A stretch of 64,000 bases of DNA from a virus. Below, piece by piece: positions 48,997-58,550 of the stretch. Under the pieces are notes generated by a model, which did not search any database, was not told the DNA's origin, and saw only the letters and a program-made list of their open reading frames with translations. The DNA lies in the IMG/VR virus record IMGVR_UViG_3300032103_000260, positions 87,224 through 151,223 of that record; one strand, given 5' to 3'. The position numbers and the translations under genes are program-made. Within the stretch, counting starts at the first letter, position 1. Each line of letters opens with the position of its first letter.

Positions 48997-49021
48997 TTGA
49001 TTGAAATGTTATTTCAATCAA
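48997..49021. repeat. Perfect 11-bp inverted repeat
   Basis: ttgattgaaat-gtt-atttcaatcaa. Confidence 0.75.
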
Positions 49022-49050
49022 AGTTACAGTCAAATCTTAAATTTGTCAAG
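49019..49050 (-). promoter_or_regulatory. Consensus Bacteroidota promoter pointing antisense into the tape measure gene
   Basis: Minus strand TTG-N20-TAACTTTG. Confidence 0.6.
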
Positions 49051-49120
49051 TGGTATAGATTTCTTAACTAAAAAATAAAAAAAAATCATTAAATTATGTA
49101 AAAAATAATATGAAAATCAC

Positions 49121-49151
49121 TTGATTATGTCATTTTTTTTTCGTAACTTCG
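49121..49151 (+). promoter_or_regulatory. Bacteroidota-type promoter with no evident downstream CDS
   Basis: TTG-N20-TAACTTCG. Confidence 0.5.
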
Positions 49152-49451
49152 CCAAAATTTGCGATAGCAACGTATGAAGGCTTTTGGAAATAATAAAAAA
49201 ACAAAACAGAAGCAAAGAGGATGTATGGCTATCTCATAATGTCGAAGTCTAAGGCGCACTATTTTGCTCATATTTTTTTTTGAATTTTAGTAAATTTATA
49301 AAATTTTATTAAAATAGTTAATTTTTGGTGTTTTTTATATTCTACTTCGTAAAGTATAAAAAGTCAAGTTTTATTTCTATTTTTTTTAAAAAAGTATTTA
49401 TCTCAAAGGGTATTATAGAAAATATCCGAAATGGATCATTTGAGATAAAAT

Positions 49452-52433
49452 ATGTCAAGATTACAAACCAATACCGTAACAACAAGTATAAGAAACACTC
49501 TTTTAGCCAAGAACTTATATACTCCAAATAATGTATATGAAATTGACAATCCAGCAATTGTTGACGTAGTAAATGCATTAGCAAATATAGCATTACCATT
49601 CAAAGCGGTTGATGTTACCAACACAGTATTGGGTAGAGTAATTGGGCCAAATACTCCAATAGCACAAATTGGATTAGTTCAATTAGGTAAACAATTATCC
49701 CAAACAATAGTTTCTCAAGGTTCTGCAGAAATAATACCTACATTCAGTTTAAAAAATTTATTTGACAAAAATCCAAATACGAAGTTTGCATTAAGAAAAA
49801 TTGATTATCGTATAACAAGAGATGAACAACAATCCAATATAGGAAGAATACTTGAGACTTTAACAGGTACAAATTTACGTCAATCACCATTTATTCCTTC
49901 AAGTACTGATGTTGATTATATTCTTAATACAGGTAAAGGTCAATTATCATTATTATCAGATACATTAGGTAGAAATTTCTATAGAAATTCATCTGCCACA
50001 ATATATGAAACATTAGAAAGAGAAGGTTTTTCAATGTTATCTAAATATGCTAAATCAGAAGGATATTTTAGTAATGATGCACCATACAAATTTGAAGCTG
50101 ATTTTAATGTAGGATTTGCTCAATCAGAAGCAAGAAGATCATTATCAAAAAATAATTCTCCATATCAGGAATATGGTAGTTCATTAGATAAAAAATTTGG
50201 ATTAAATCAAGAATTTATAAATGCTTTAGGTAATACTGACAATAATATTTTTACTGATGAATTTGATTATTTTGAAAGAAGACCTAATGGACATTATGAA
50301 GATAATAACCAAATAATTTGGGGTAAAACTGATGTAAGTAATGATACTTTAGAAGTACAGAAATATTCAAGAGACTATAAAGTTGATAGTCAAAGTATTA
50401 ATAATTTTGGTTCAAGAATTGGATTATTAAAGCATACTGCTCAATTAGTAAATGCTTATGGTGGTAATATAATAGACCAAACAAGAAAGAAATTTTATAG
50501 AAAAATAGATATTAATGGTAAGGGTAAGTTAATGGGATTTAATGGAAGTGCATTATATACTGCTCCAAATACTGCAATAGAAAGATTTAGAGGTAAAGAA
50601 GGTTTAAGACAACACACAGTACTAGATCAGTATGATCGATTTGCTAAAGCAATTAGATTTGAAGGTAATGTAGTATATAATGGTAATCCTGATTCTGTTA
50701 TTTATGATAGAGTTATACCAAATATAACTCCAACAAACAGTAACGATATTAATAATCCTATTAATAAGAAAGTCATGTTCTCAATCGAGAACTTAGCATT
50801 TCAATTAAATGAAAATGGTGATATTGTAGGATTACCTGATGGTTTACCAAATATTACTTTACCTAAATGTGAGATTGGTCAAAATTTTGGTAGATTAATG
50901 TGGTTTGCACCATATGATATTAATTTAGAAGAACAAGCAACCGCTAAATGGGAACAAGTTAATTTTATTGGTAGAAATGAACCAATGTATACGTATGGTT
51001 TTTCTGAAAGAAGTACAACACTTTCATTTAAATTAATTATTGATTATCCTCCCCAAGTAAAAGGATTTAATAGTCATAAAGAATTTGCTGATTTTTTTGC
51101 TTTTGGTGGTCAAGCAAGATCAATAACAACCAATAATCTTTCTGATAAAGAAAAAGAATTAAATGAAACAATTGCAGATATTACTAATTTAAAAAATGAT
51201 ACTGTAGTTATAAAAAATTTAAAATTTAAACCTAGAAGTATTAATTTGTTTTTTCCAAATGATATTCCAAAAGTTGGTACTGAAAAAACCTCAGTTAATA
51301 ATGATATTTTAGGAAAAAATAATAGTGGTAGAGAATATGAAATTGGGAGCAGTCAACCTTCAAAATATGGTATTAATTCTGATGATTTATTAAATATATC
51401 ATTTACTGATGAAATTGATAATATATTAAATATCATAAAAAATGATGGAGTAATATCAACGATTGAAATATTTGTTGTTGGTAATGCTTCTAAATTATAT
51501 GCAAGAAGATCACAAGAATTTGATTATAATGAAAGATTAGGTAAGAGAAGAGCAGATGCATTATTGAATTATATTAGAGAAAGAGCTAAAATAATTTTTG
51601 AAACTTCAAAATCATTAGAGGAACTTGGTGCTACAGTATTAGAAACAGAAAGCAATAGTAGTTTATTAGCACCGCCATCAACATCAGCAGTAACAAATAT
51701 TAATAGTATTGATTCTAAAAAAGCTAGATTTGCAACAGTTAGTTTTATAAATAAAGGTACTACAACCCCATCCGAAGAATCAGTACAAAATCCAAATCAA
51801 GAAGAAATTAATTTATTAATTCAGCAAAAGGAATCATTAGAAAAAAGTATTGCTGAAATAAAAGCAAATGAAAGATTTGCATCTAATTGTGTTTTTAATC
51901 CTTTTACAATTGAAGATGGTCAAGCAAAAGGTTTTGATTATATTCGTCAAAATAAATTTGTTCCCGTATTTTATTCTCAAACACCCGAAGACTTTCACAA
52001 GAGATTAACATTTCTACAACAATGTGTTCGTCAAGGTGCAGCTATGAGAATGAAAAGTCAAAATGGTAAAGATTTAAGTAGTAAAAATTCAGTATTTGGT
52101 CGTCAACCAGTATGTATATTACGTCTTGGTGACTTCTTCCACACTAAAGTTATTATCGATAGTATTAATTTTAGTTATAGTGATGCTCCTTGGGATATGA
52201 ACCCTGAAGGTATGGGTATGCAATTTATGATATGTGATGTATCTATGTCAATGAAGGTAATTGGTGGTCAATCGTTGAAAGGCCCTATTGATGTACTTCA
52301 AAATGCTATTGGATTTAATTATTATGCCAACTCAACATATTATGACAAAGGTATATATGCTTTACCAAAAAAATATGAAAATTTACAATATGGTACTAAT
52401 GACCCAAAAAATACTGAAAATCAAACAGAATAA
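49452..52433 (+). CDS. Baseplate/tail-tube initiator-like structural protein with an embedded OmpA-like domain
   Basis: W...NFIGRNEPMYTY..SERS..LSFKL and PVCILRLGDF...IIDSINFSY...W tube-initiator motifs; VVGNAS...YNERLGKRRADAL OmpA-like motif. Confidence 0.65.
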   Translation: MSRLQTNTVTTSIRNTLLAKNLYTPNNVYEIDNPAIVDVVNALANIALPFKAVDVTNTVLGRVIGPNTPIAQIGLVQLGKQLSQTIVSQGSAEIIPTFSLKNLFDKNPNTKFALRKIDYRITRDEQQSNIGRILETLTGTNLRQSPFIPSSTDVDYILNTGKGQLSLLSDTLGRNFYRNSSATIYETLEREGFSMLSKYAKSEGYFSNDAPYKFEADFNVGFAQSEARRSLSKNNSPYQEYGSSLDKKFGLNQEFINALGNTDNNIFTDEFDYFERRPNGHYEDNNQIIWGKTDVSNDTLEVQKYSRDYKVDSQSINNFGSRIGLLKHTAQLVNAYGGNIIDQTRKKFYRKIDINGKGKLMGFNGSALYTAPNTAIERFRGKEGLRQHTVLDQYDRFAKAIRFEGNVVYNGNPDSVIYDRVIPNITPTNSNDINNPINKKVMFSIENLAFQLNENGDIVGLPDGLPNITLPKCEIGQNFGRLMWFAPYDINLEEQATAKWEQVNFIGRNEPMYTYGFSERSTTLSFKLIIDYPPQVKGFNSHKEFADFFAFGGQARSITTNNLSDKEKELNETIADITNLKNDTVVIKNLKFKPRSINLFFPNDIPKVGTEKTSVNNDILGKNNSGREYEIGSSQPSKYGINSDDLLNISFTDEIDNILNIIKNDGVISTIEIFVVGNASKLYARRSQEFDYNERLGKRRADALLNYIRERAKIIFETSKSLEELGATVLETESNSSLLAPPSTSAVTNINSIDSKKARFATVSFINKGTTTPSEESVQNPNQEEINLLIQQKESLEKSIAEIKANERFASNCVFNPFTIEDGQAKGFDYIRQNKFVPVFYSQTPEDFHKRLTFLQQCVRQGAAMRMKSQNGKDLSSKNSVFGRQPVCILRLGDFFHTKVIIDSINFSYSDAPWDMNPEGMGMQFMICDVSMSMKVIGGQSLKGPIDVLQNAIGFNYYANSTYYDKGIYALPKKYENLQYGTNDPKNTENQTE

Positions 52434-52436
52434 TTT

Positions 52437-52751
52437 ATGATAAGAAATACATATAATAGATACGAAATTTTTATTAATAAAGATGGTAATATTGATCAAT
52501 TACCATTTATTCAAATCCCTGTAGCTACTACAGATAAGTATGAAATATGGAATGAAGGTAGAAGTAGAATGGATAAGATATCTCAAAGATACTATAATGA
52601 CCCATTTTATGATTTTTTTATCCTATTTGCTAATCCAGAATATATTTCAGAATTTGATATTCCTGATGGTACTTTAATTCGTATTCCATTTCCTTTAGAA
52701 AGAGTTAAATCTGTATATGAAACAGGTTTACAGGAAATAAGAACTCAATAA
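52437..52751 (+). CDS. Baseplate wedge subunit (gp53/LysM-like)
   Basis: RMDKISQRYYND.....ILFANP......G..IRIP. Confidence 0.8.
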   Translation: MIRNTYNRYEIFINKDGNIDQLPFIQIPVATTDKYEIWNEGRSRMDKISQRYYNDPFYDFFILFANPEYISEFDIPDGTLIRIPFPLERVKSVYETGLQEIRTQ

Positions 52752-52753
52752 TA

Positions 52754-52785
52754 CTTTACAAGTACCAAATTTTTATTTATATTTG
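52754..52785 (+). promoter_or_regulatory. Bacteroidota-type promoter for the glycan island
   Basis: CTTTACAAGTA...TATATTTG, 8 nt upstream of ATG 52794. Confidence 0.65.
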
Positions 52786-52793
52786 ATGCTTGT

Positions 52794-53510
52794 ATGAAAA
52801 GTGTAATTCGGGTTATTTATAGTTCTCATTTAGGAGTACCATTGAATAATAAATTCAATGATCATATTTACCAAACTATTGGTGAATCTAATAGTTTTGA
52901 GGTTACTATTCATCCGTATGAAAACTATAATCAATACTCACTTACTGAGGTTTACAATAAAGCCCTAAACGAATTAGATAAAAGGGATGCAATATTTGTA
53001 TTTTGTCATAATGATATTGAATTTGATACTAAGGATTGGGGTAAAATTCTCTTAAATCACTTTAATAAAAAACAGAATAATTATCAGATTATTGGTGTTG
53101 CTGGTTCAACCGAACTTAATTCTCATGGTTGCTGGTGGTTAGATGCATCTGGTAAAAATATGAATTTCACTAAAATGATTGGCATAGTAAATCATGATAA
53201 TGGGATCAGAAAGTGGGAGAGTAGATATAGTGAGCCTCATTTTGGTGTTAAACCAGTTGTTCTTATAGATGGATTATTTATGGCAATTGATCCAGAAGAA
53301 ATTGAACATAATTTTGATGAATCATTTAAAGGATTTCATTACTATGATTTATCATTTTGTTTTCCAAATTATTTAGATAGATGTAATATTGGTGTTATTA
53401 CTGATATAAGAATAACTCACCGTTCTGTTGGTATGACCAATCAGGAATGGGAGAATAACAGACAGCAATTTGCAATACAATATGCTGATGAATTACCAGC
53501 ACAAGTATGA
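52794..53510 (+). CDS. GT-A glycosyltransferase (StrF/Glyco_tranf_2_5-like)
   Basis: YN.AL, FCHNDI, IIGVAG, IDGLFMA, FDESFKGFHYYDLSFC, HRSVG. Confidence 0.85.
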   Translation: MKSVIRVIYSSHLGVPLNNKFNDHIYQTIGESNSFEVTIHPYENYNQYSLTEVYNKALNELDKRDAIFVFCHNDIEFDTKDWGKILLNHFNKKQNNYQIIGVAGSTELNSHGCWWLDASGKNMNFTKMIGIVNHDNGIRKWESRYSEPHFGVKPVVLIDGLFMAIDPEEIEHNFDESFKGFHYYDLSFCFPNYLDRCNIGVITDIRITHRSVGMTNQEWENNRQQFAIQYADELPAQV

Positions 53511-53695
53511 AAGAAAAAAAACATAAAACTATAATTGAACGAAGTGGAAGCAAATTTATAGTTAAAAATTCCCCTGTATGGAATGGATTTACTGGTGAGA
53601 TTCTTAAAATTAAAAATGATAGTATTCAGGGTGAAATGTCAAATGGATTTATAGGGACTTGGAAACTATCAGATATTGAAATAATTGAAGAATAA
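53507..53695 (+). CDS. Small SH3/KOW-like hypothetical protein
   Basis: 62 aa, coupled start. Confidence 0.45.
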   Translation: MKEKKHKTIIERSGSKFIVKNSPVWNGFTGEILKIKNDSIQGEMSNGFIGTWKLSDIEIIEE

Positions 53696-53742
53696 TATGA
53701 ATGAAGATTTAATAGGTACAGGAGTTGTATATAGAACCACAA

Positions 53743-54177
53743 ATGTTCAGGATGCATCAACATATATTAGTTCTGATGTTGCAAAGTCAATCAGAAGTAG
53801 ATAAATTAAAAGAACAAGTAGAATTACTTAAAAGAGTAACTGATGTTGAATATGCTAAAGAGTGTGTTCGTAAAGAGATACTATAGGAATATAATAAACT
53901 AGTATTATCTGATTTGTGGTTTGAAGCATGTAGTGAATATATCAGAAAAAGAGTTGATGATATATGTAAATCATATAATAAAAAATGGTTTTTGTCTTCA
54001 GGTGGTTTTTTAACTATTGGTAATGATATTGGTGATAATTGGTCAAATGATATTGTTTTTTATATAAATGGAAAGACTGTAAAGGTATCTGAATTATTAA
54101 ATTCATATCCTGAAATTGAAGGATTTGAATTTGAAAAGTTTGTTATACAATATTGTAATGAAAAAAGAGAAAATTAA
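53743..54177 (+). pseudogene. Hypothetical gene interrupted by an in-frame TAG
   Basis: ...EYAKECVRKEIL*(TAG 53884)EYNKLVLSDLWFEACSE... continues in frame into ORF 53914-54177. Confidence 0.5.
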
Positions 54178-54571
54178 CATAAAAGGATGTGTCTTATATA
54201 AGACATTTTCATATTTACCAAAATTTAATAATTTATTTTTTGATAATTTTATAAGCAGGGAAGAAGAAATTATAGATACTCATTTTTCATTTACAGTATT
54301 AAACGCATTAATAGCATTAATGCAAGTTTGTTTAAAACAACAAGGATTAGACGGTGATAAAATAGAAGGTGAGTTTATAAGACATGATACATATGTTTTA
54401 GTTAATTCTAAATTAATGTATTTTGTTGAACAAAATATTTCTGATAGATACTATATAAATTTATTTTCTACAATAGATATGAATTATACTATAGTTGAAT
54501 CAAACATAAATGAGGATATTATATATCTTATGGAAAATAATAATTGTGTAAAAATTTATATTGATTATTAA
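54116..54571 (+). CDS. Hypothetical protein
   Basis: ORF in operon; start probably 54158. Confidence 0.5.
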   Translation: MKDLNLKSLLYNIVMKKEKINIKGCVLYKTFSYLPKFNNLFFDNFISREEEIIDTHFSFTVLNALIALMQVCLKQQGLDGDKIEGEFIRHDTYVLVNSKLMYFVEQNISDRYYINLFSTIDMNYTIVESNINEDIIYLMENNNCVKIYIDY

Positions 54572-54694
54572 AATTGTGAATAGAAAACTTATATATGATT
54601 TTTTATATTAAAATATTGATTGCTTATCAACAATGAATGATGAGTGGGAATATATTTATATGATTAGAAATATTGTAAATAATAAGAATAAATT

Positions 54695-55342
54695 TTGGAA
54701 ACACGTATGATTGATATAATAACATATGATGATGGATTACCAGTATCAGTAATAGTTCCATTATCACCTAAGAGAGAAAAATTTTTTAATGAATTTGTTT
54801 ATCCATTAATAGAGTCAATGGGAGCAAAGGAAATTATTATAAATAATGATAATGGTGGCGCATGTAAAAAAAGAAATGATGGATTTAAAAAATCAACACA
54901 ACCATATATTTTGTTTGCCGATGACGATATTCTATTCCCTAAAAGTTTTTTATTAAAATTACTTGAAGCATTAAATAATCATAAAAATGCTGGTTATGCC
55001 TACACAGGGTATAAGGGAATAGTATTAACACATACCCATCCAATGGGTAAAAATTATGATATTAGAACAATGTCATTTAATGGTGAAAATCTAAAAAGAG
55101 GTAATTATATATCAACTATGTCATTAATTAGAAGAGAACATTTTCTAATGTTTGATGAAAATTTAAAACGCTTTCACGATTGGGATTTGTGGTTAACTCT
55201 ATTAAATAGAGGTATTGAAGGTGTTGCAGTATTTGATAATGAATTTTTTGCATACTATTTAGATGAAGGAATTACATCAAATTCTAATAATGAACAGGAA
55301 GCTATTCTTGCTATAATTAGAAAACATAATTTAGGAATGTAA
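54695..55342 (+). CDS. GT2 glycosyltransferase
   Basis: VSVIVP, KRNDG, LFADDD, FDENLKRFHDWDLWL. Confidence 0.88.
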   Translation: METRMIDIITYDDGLPVSVIVPLSPKREKFFNEFVYPLIESMGAKEIIINNDNGGACKKRNDGFKKSTQPYILFADDDILFPKSFLLKLLEALNNHKNAGYAYTGYKGIVLTHTHPMGKNYDIRTMSFNGENLKRGNYISTMSLIRREHFLMFDENLKRFHDWDLWLTLLNRGIEGVAVFDNEFFAYYLDEGITSNSNNEQEAILAIIRKHNLGM

Positions 55343-56388
55343 TGGCTAAAAAACAGAACATAAAAACTATTATTAAGAAGAAGATAGATATCTCTGGTTC
55401 TGGTAGAAAGATAATTATTGGTAAGTCAAATGATAATAATGTTGTAGCTAAAAAAAAGAAAAAGGAATCAACTAAAGTAATTGATAAAAAAATAGATCAG
55501 GTAGTTAGGGTACAGAAAAAAATAACTACTCAACAAGATGAACAAAAAGTTATAAATAAAAAGAACGATCAAGTATTTAGATTACGAAGTACTAATACTT
55601 ATACAAGTATATCATCAAGGCTTGAAAAAAGGGCAATAAAAGTACCAACATATAATTACATCAAAAAAAGTGTTGTTGATTATGATTTAGTGATCTGCAT
55701 ACCATCACATAATAGATTTGATAAAGCAAATAGATTGATAAATCAATTTAATAGTCAGAAAACTAAATATACATTTAAAATCATTTTATTAAATGATGGT
55801 TCAAATGATAAAAGATATGATATATATGAATCAGATTATCCTAACTTAGTTTATTTAAAAAATAATATACCTAATGGTAAAGTTAAACATTGGTATTGTT
55901 ATAATCAGTTGTGGGAGTACTTGAAAAAAATTGAAACACATTGTGTATTACAAACTGATGATGATTTTATTTTATGTGATGGATTTATTGATAAAATAGT
56001 TGATTTGTATTTTGAAAATAAAAATAGAGATGGTAGTGTTGTTGCAATAGCACCACACTTATGGTCATTTGATAAAGTGTCGGAATATGAATATTGGTGG
56101 AAAACTAATCATGTTGATGGTATAGTTTTATTAGATTATAATGTAATAAAATTTATGGGATACGGTATGCAACCAGTTGATGCTAATATAGTAAAAAAAA
56201 CTGGTGAAACAGTAAGAACATGGAATCAAATAAAATCAGGAATAACTAATATTGGTGGTAAGGTTTATAGAACTGATGTGTCATTAGTATACCATGATGG
56301 AAATAATGATTCAAAATTACATAGTGATCATAGAAAAAACGGAAAAAGTGGTGTTTATACTCAAAAATTTATTGGAAAGATTATATGA
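55342..56388 (+). CDS. GT2 glycosyltransferase with a ~110-aa Lys-rich N-terminal extension
   Basis: ICIPSHNR, LNDGSND, QTDDDF. Confidence 0.8.
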   Translation: MAKKQNIKTIIKKKIDISGSGRKIIIGKSNDNNVVAKKKKKESTKVIDKKIDQVVRVQKKITTQQDEQKVINKKNDQVFRLRSTNTYTSISSRLEKRAIKVPTYNYIKKSVVDYDLVICIPSHNRFDKANRLINQFNSQKTKYTFKIILLNDGSNDKRYDIYESDYPNLVYLKNNIPNGKVKHWYCYNQLWEYLKKIETHCVLQTDDDFILCDGFIDKIVDLYFENKNRDGSVVAIAPHLWSFDKVSEYEYWWKTNHVDGIVLLDYNVIKFMGYGMQPVDANIVKKTGETVRTWNQIKSGITNIGGKVYRTDVSLVYHDGNNDSKLHSDHRKNGKSGVYTQKFIGKII

Positions 56389-57119
56389 TTAGTGTAATAA
56401 TAAATGTTTATAAAAGACCTCATATGTTGGAGAAACAAATTGAGGCTATTAAAAAACAATCAATACCTATATTGAGTGAAAATATTCATGTTTGGTATAA
56501 TAATGGTGATGTACCATATCAATTACCTGCTGATAAGAAGATCAATACATATCAATGTAGTTGGAATACTAAATTTTGGGGTAGGTTTACAATACCACTA
56601 CTAGTTAAAACTGAATTTGTTGCAATTTTTGATGATGATATAATTCCTGAAAAGGATTGGTTTAAAAATTGTTTAAATACAATAAAAAATCCATTAACTA
56701 ATGGCATTATAGGTGGTAGTGGTGTAATTTTAAAAGGTAAAGGGTATTTACCTAATATTAAAGTAGGTTGGAATGCAGAGCACTCTGATACAGTCAAACG
56801 TGTTGACTTAGTTGGTCATGCGTGGTTTTTTAGACAAGAATGGACGAAATATTTATGGTATGAAAAGCCTGTAACTTGGAATAATGGTGAAGATATAATG
56901 TTTTCATTTCTTGCTCAAAAATATGGAGGAATAAATACATTCGTACCCCCGCATCCAGAATCTAATAAAAATTTATGGAGTTGTATTTATAGTGTTGGTA
57001 TGGATATTGGTAACGACACTAACGCATCATGGAAAAAGAATACTCACTTCAATGAAAGAAGTGATGTATGTATAAGTTGTATTAATAAAGGATGGAAGAC
57101 AGTAAATAACATTAAGTAA
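56385..57119 (+). CDS. GT-A glycosyltransferase
   Basis: ISVIINVYKR, IFDDDI, GEDI. Confidence 0.8.
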   Translation: MISVIINVYKRPHMLEKQIEAIKKQSIPILSENIHVWYNNGDVPYQLPADKKINTYQCSWNTKFWGRFTIPLLVKTEFVAIFDDDIIPEKDWFKNCLNTIKNPLTNGIIGGSGVILKGKGYLPNIKVGWNAEHSDTVKRVDLVGHAWFFRQEWTKYLWYEKPVTWNNGEDIMFSFLAQKYGGINTFVPPHPESNKNLWSCIYSVGMDIGNDTNASWKKNTHFNERSDVCISCINKGWKTVNNIK

Positions 57120-57850
57120 TGAATAAAAATTTTAAAGACCACTTTAAAAAATTTAAAGATATGATATCGAATCATAATCCATTTGCTATTTCAAGAAATA
57201 ATGATGGAGAAATGATAATATTATTTAATGAATTCATTGATATTAGAAAAAAATTAAATGGTGAGTTCATATATGATCCAAATCTTCCAGAACATAAATT
57301 TTTTAGGGATAAACTATTAGAGTCTGCAAAACATCGTGCTAACAACTATTATGTAGGAATAGCGTGTAGATGTTGTGTTGGAAATGAAAAGCACGAAAAA
57401 TTAAAAAAACTGGTTGATCAAAAGGAAGAAAATTTAACTTGGGGTAATATTTTTGTTAATTCAAATTACCCACAATTTAAAAATGAAATAATACCACTAT
57501 TCAATAATTACAATGTTGTTATGATTGTTAATAAAAAAGCAAACGTAAATCAACTACCATTTAATAAAAAAATAGTAAAAACATTTACTGTTGGAACAAA
57601 TGCATGGATGTCTGACTATGGTTTAGTTACAGAAATTAAGAATTACATTTTTAATAATAAAATTAATAATCATTTATTTCTTTTTTGTGCAGGGCCATTT
57701 TCAAATATATTAATATATGAATGTTTTAAAACATCATCGAATAATACATATTTAGATGTTGGTTCAACGTTAGATAATTTAATGAATTTGGGTGCAACAA
57801 GAGGATATTTACGTGGTGCTGACACTTTAAACAAGATTTGTATATGGTAG
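57119..57850 (+). CDS. GT-D-fold-like (DUF1792) glycosyltransferase
   Basis: SRNNDGE (RxxDGE) N-terminal motif and LFCAGP...LDVGS C-terminal motif. Confidence 0.6.
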   Translation: MNKNFKDHFKKFKDMISNHNPFAISRNNDGEMIILFNEFIDIRKKLNGEFIYDPNLPEHKFFRDKLLESAKHRANNYYVGIACRCCVGNEKHEKLKKLVDQKEENLTWGNIFVNSNYPQFKNEIIPLFNNYNVVMIVNKKANVNQLPFNKKIVKTFTVGTNAWMSDYGLVTEIKNYIFNNKINNHLFLFCAGPFSNILIYECFKTSSNNTYLDVGSTLDNLMNLGATRGYLRGADTLNKICIW

Positions 57851-58539
57851 AAATTGTTTACACAAATAAAAACTGTTCAGATGTTTTTATACCGTTCTAT
57901 AAGCAAAATAGAAAATATTCTAAATACCCACTAAAGGTAATTAGTGATTATATACCAAAGGTTGATTCTAATGTTGAAATATATACATATGAAAATAGTG
58001 ATCCTTATTACGTGGTGTGGACTGAGGCATTGAAAAAATTTAAATCAGATTATTTCATATATCTACAAGAAGATTTTTTCTTATATAGTAATGTTGATAC
58101 TGAAAAACTGAATGAATATAGAAAAATATTGGAAACTACTGATTATTCATTTGTTAGGTTGTTAAAATCCGGTCAATTAAATAATAAAATGATTTATAAA
58201 AATATCTATGAAATAGAATCAACCAATGTTAATATATTTTCAATGCAAGCAACTATTTGGAAAACTGCTGATTTCATTAAAATAATGAATAGTGTAAAAG
58301 AGAATAAATGGCTTGAGAATGATAATTATCGTAATAAAATTATTGAATTAAAATTAAAAGGATTGTATAATTATAATGGTGAACCAAAACGAGGTTCTAA
58401 TCATTATGATAGTATTACATATCCATATATCGCAACTGCTGTTGTTAGAGGTAAATGGAATTATAAGGAATATAAAAAAGAGTTAGAACCAATTTTATTA
58501 GAAAATAAAATAGATATTAAACATAGAGGATTATTTTAA
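57838..58539 (+). CDS. GT-A-like glycosyltransferase
   Basis: IYLQEDFFL, SMQATIWK, RGKW. Confidence 0.6.
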   Translation: MYMVEIVYTNKNCSDVFIPFYKQNRKYSKYPLKVISDYIPKVDSNVEIYTYENSDPYYVVWTEALKKFKSDYFIYLQEDFFLYSNVDTEKLNEYRKILETTDYSFVRLLKSGQLNNKMIYKNIYEIESTNVNIFSMQATIWKTADFIKIMNSVKENKWLENDNYRNKIIELKLKGLYNYNGEPKRGSNHYDSITYPYIATAVVRGKWNYKEYKKELEPILLENKIDIKHRGLF

Positions 58540-58550
58540 ATAGAATAAAG

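Noticed and set aside
49325-49624. ORFs 49325-49531, 49342-49599 and 49436-49624
   Set aside because: They overlap the start of the 993-aa structural gene or low-complexity intergenic DNA and show no protein-like motifs
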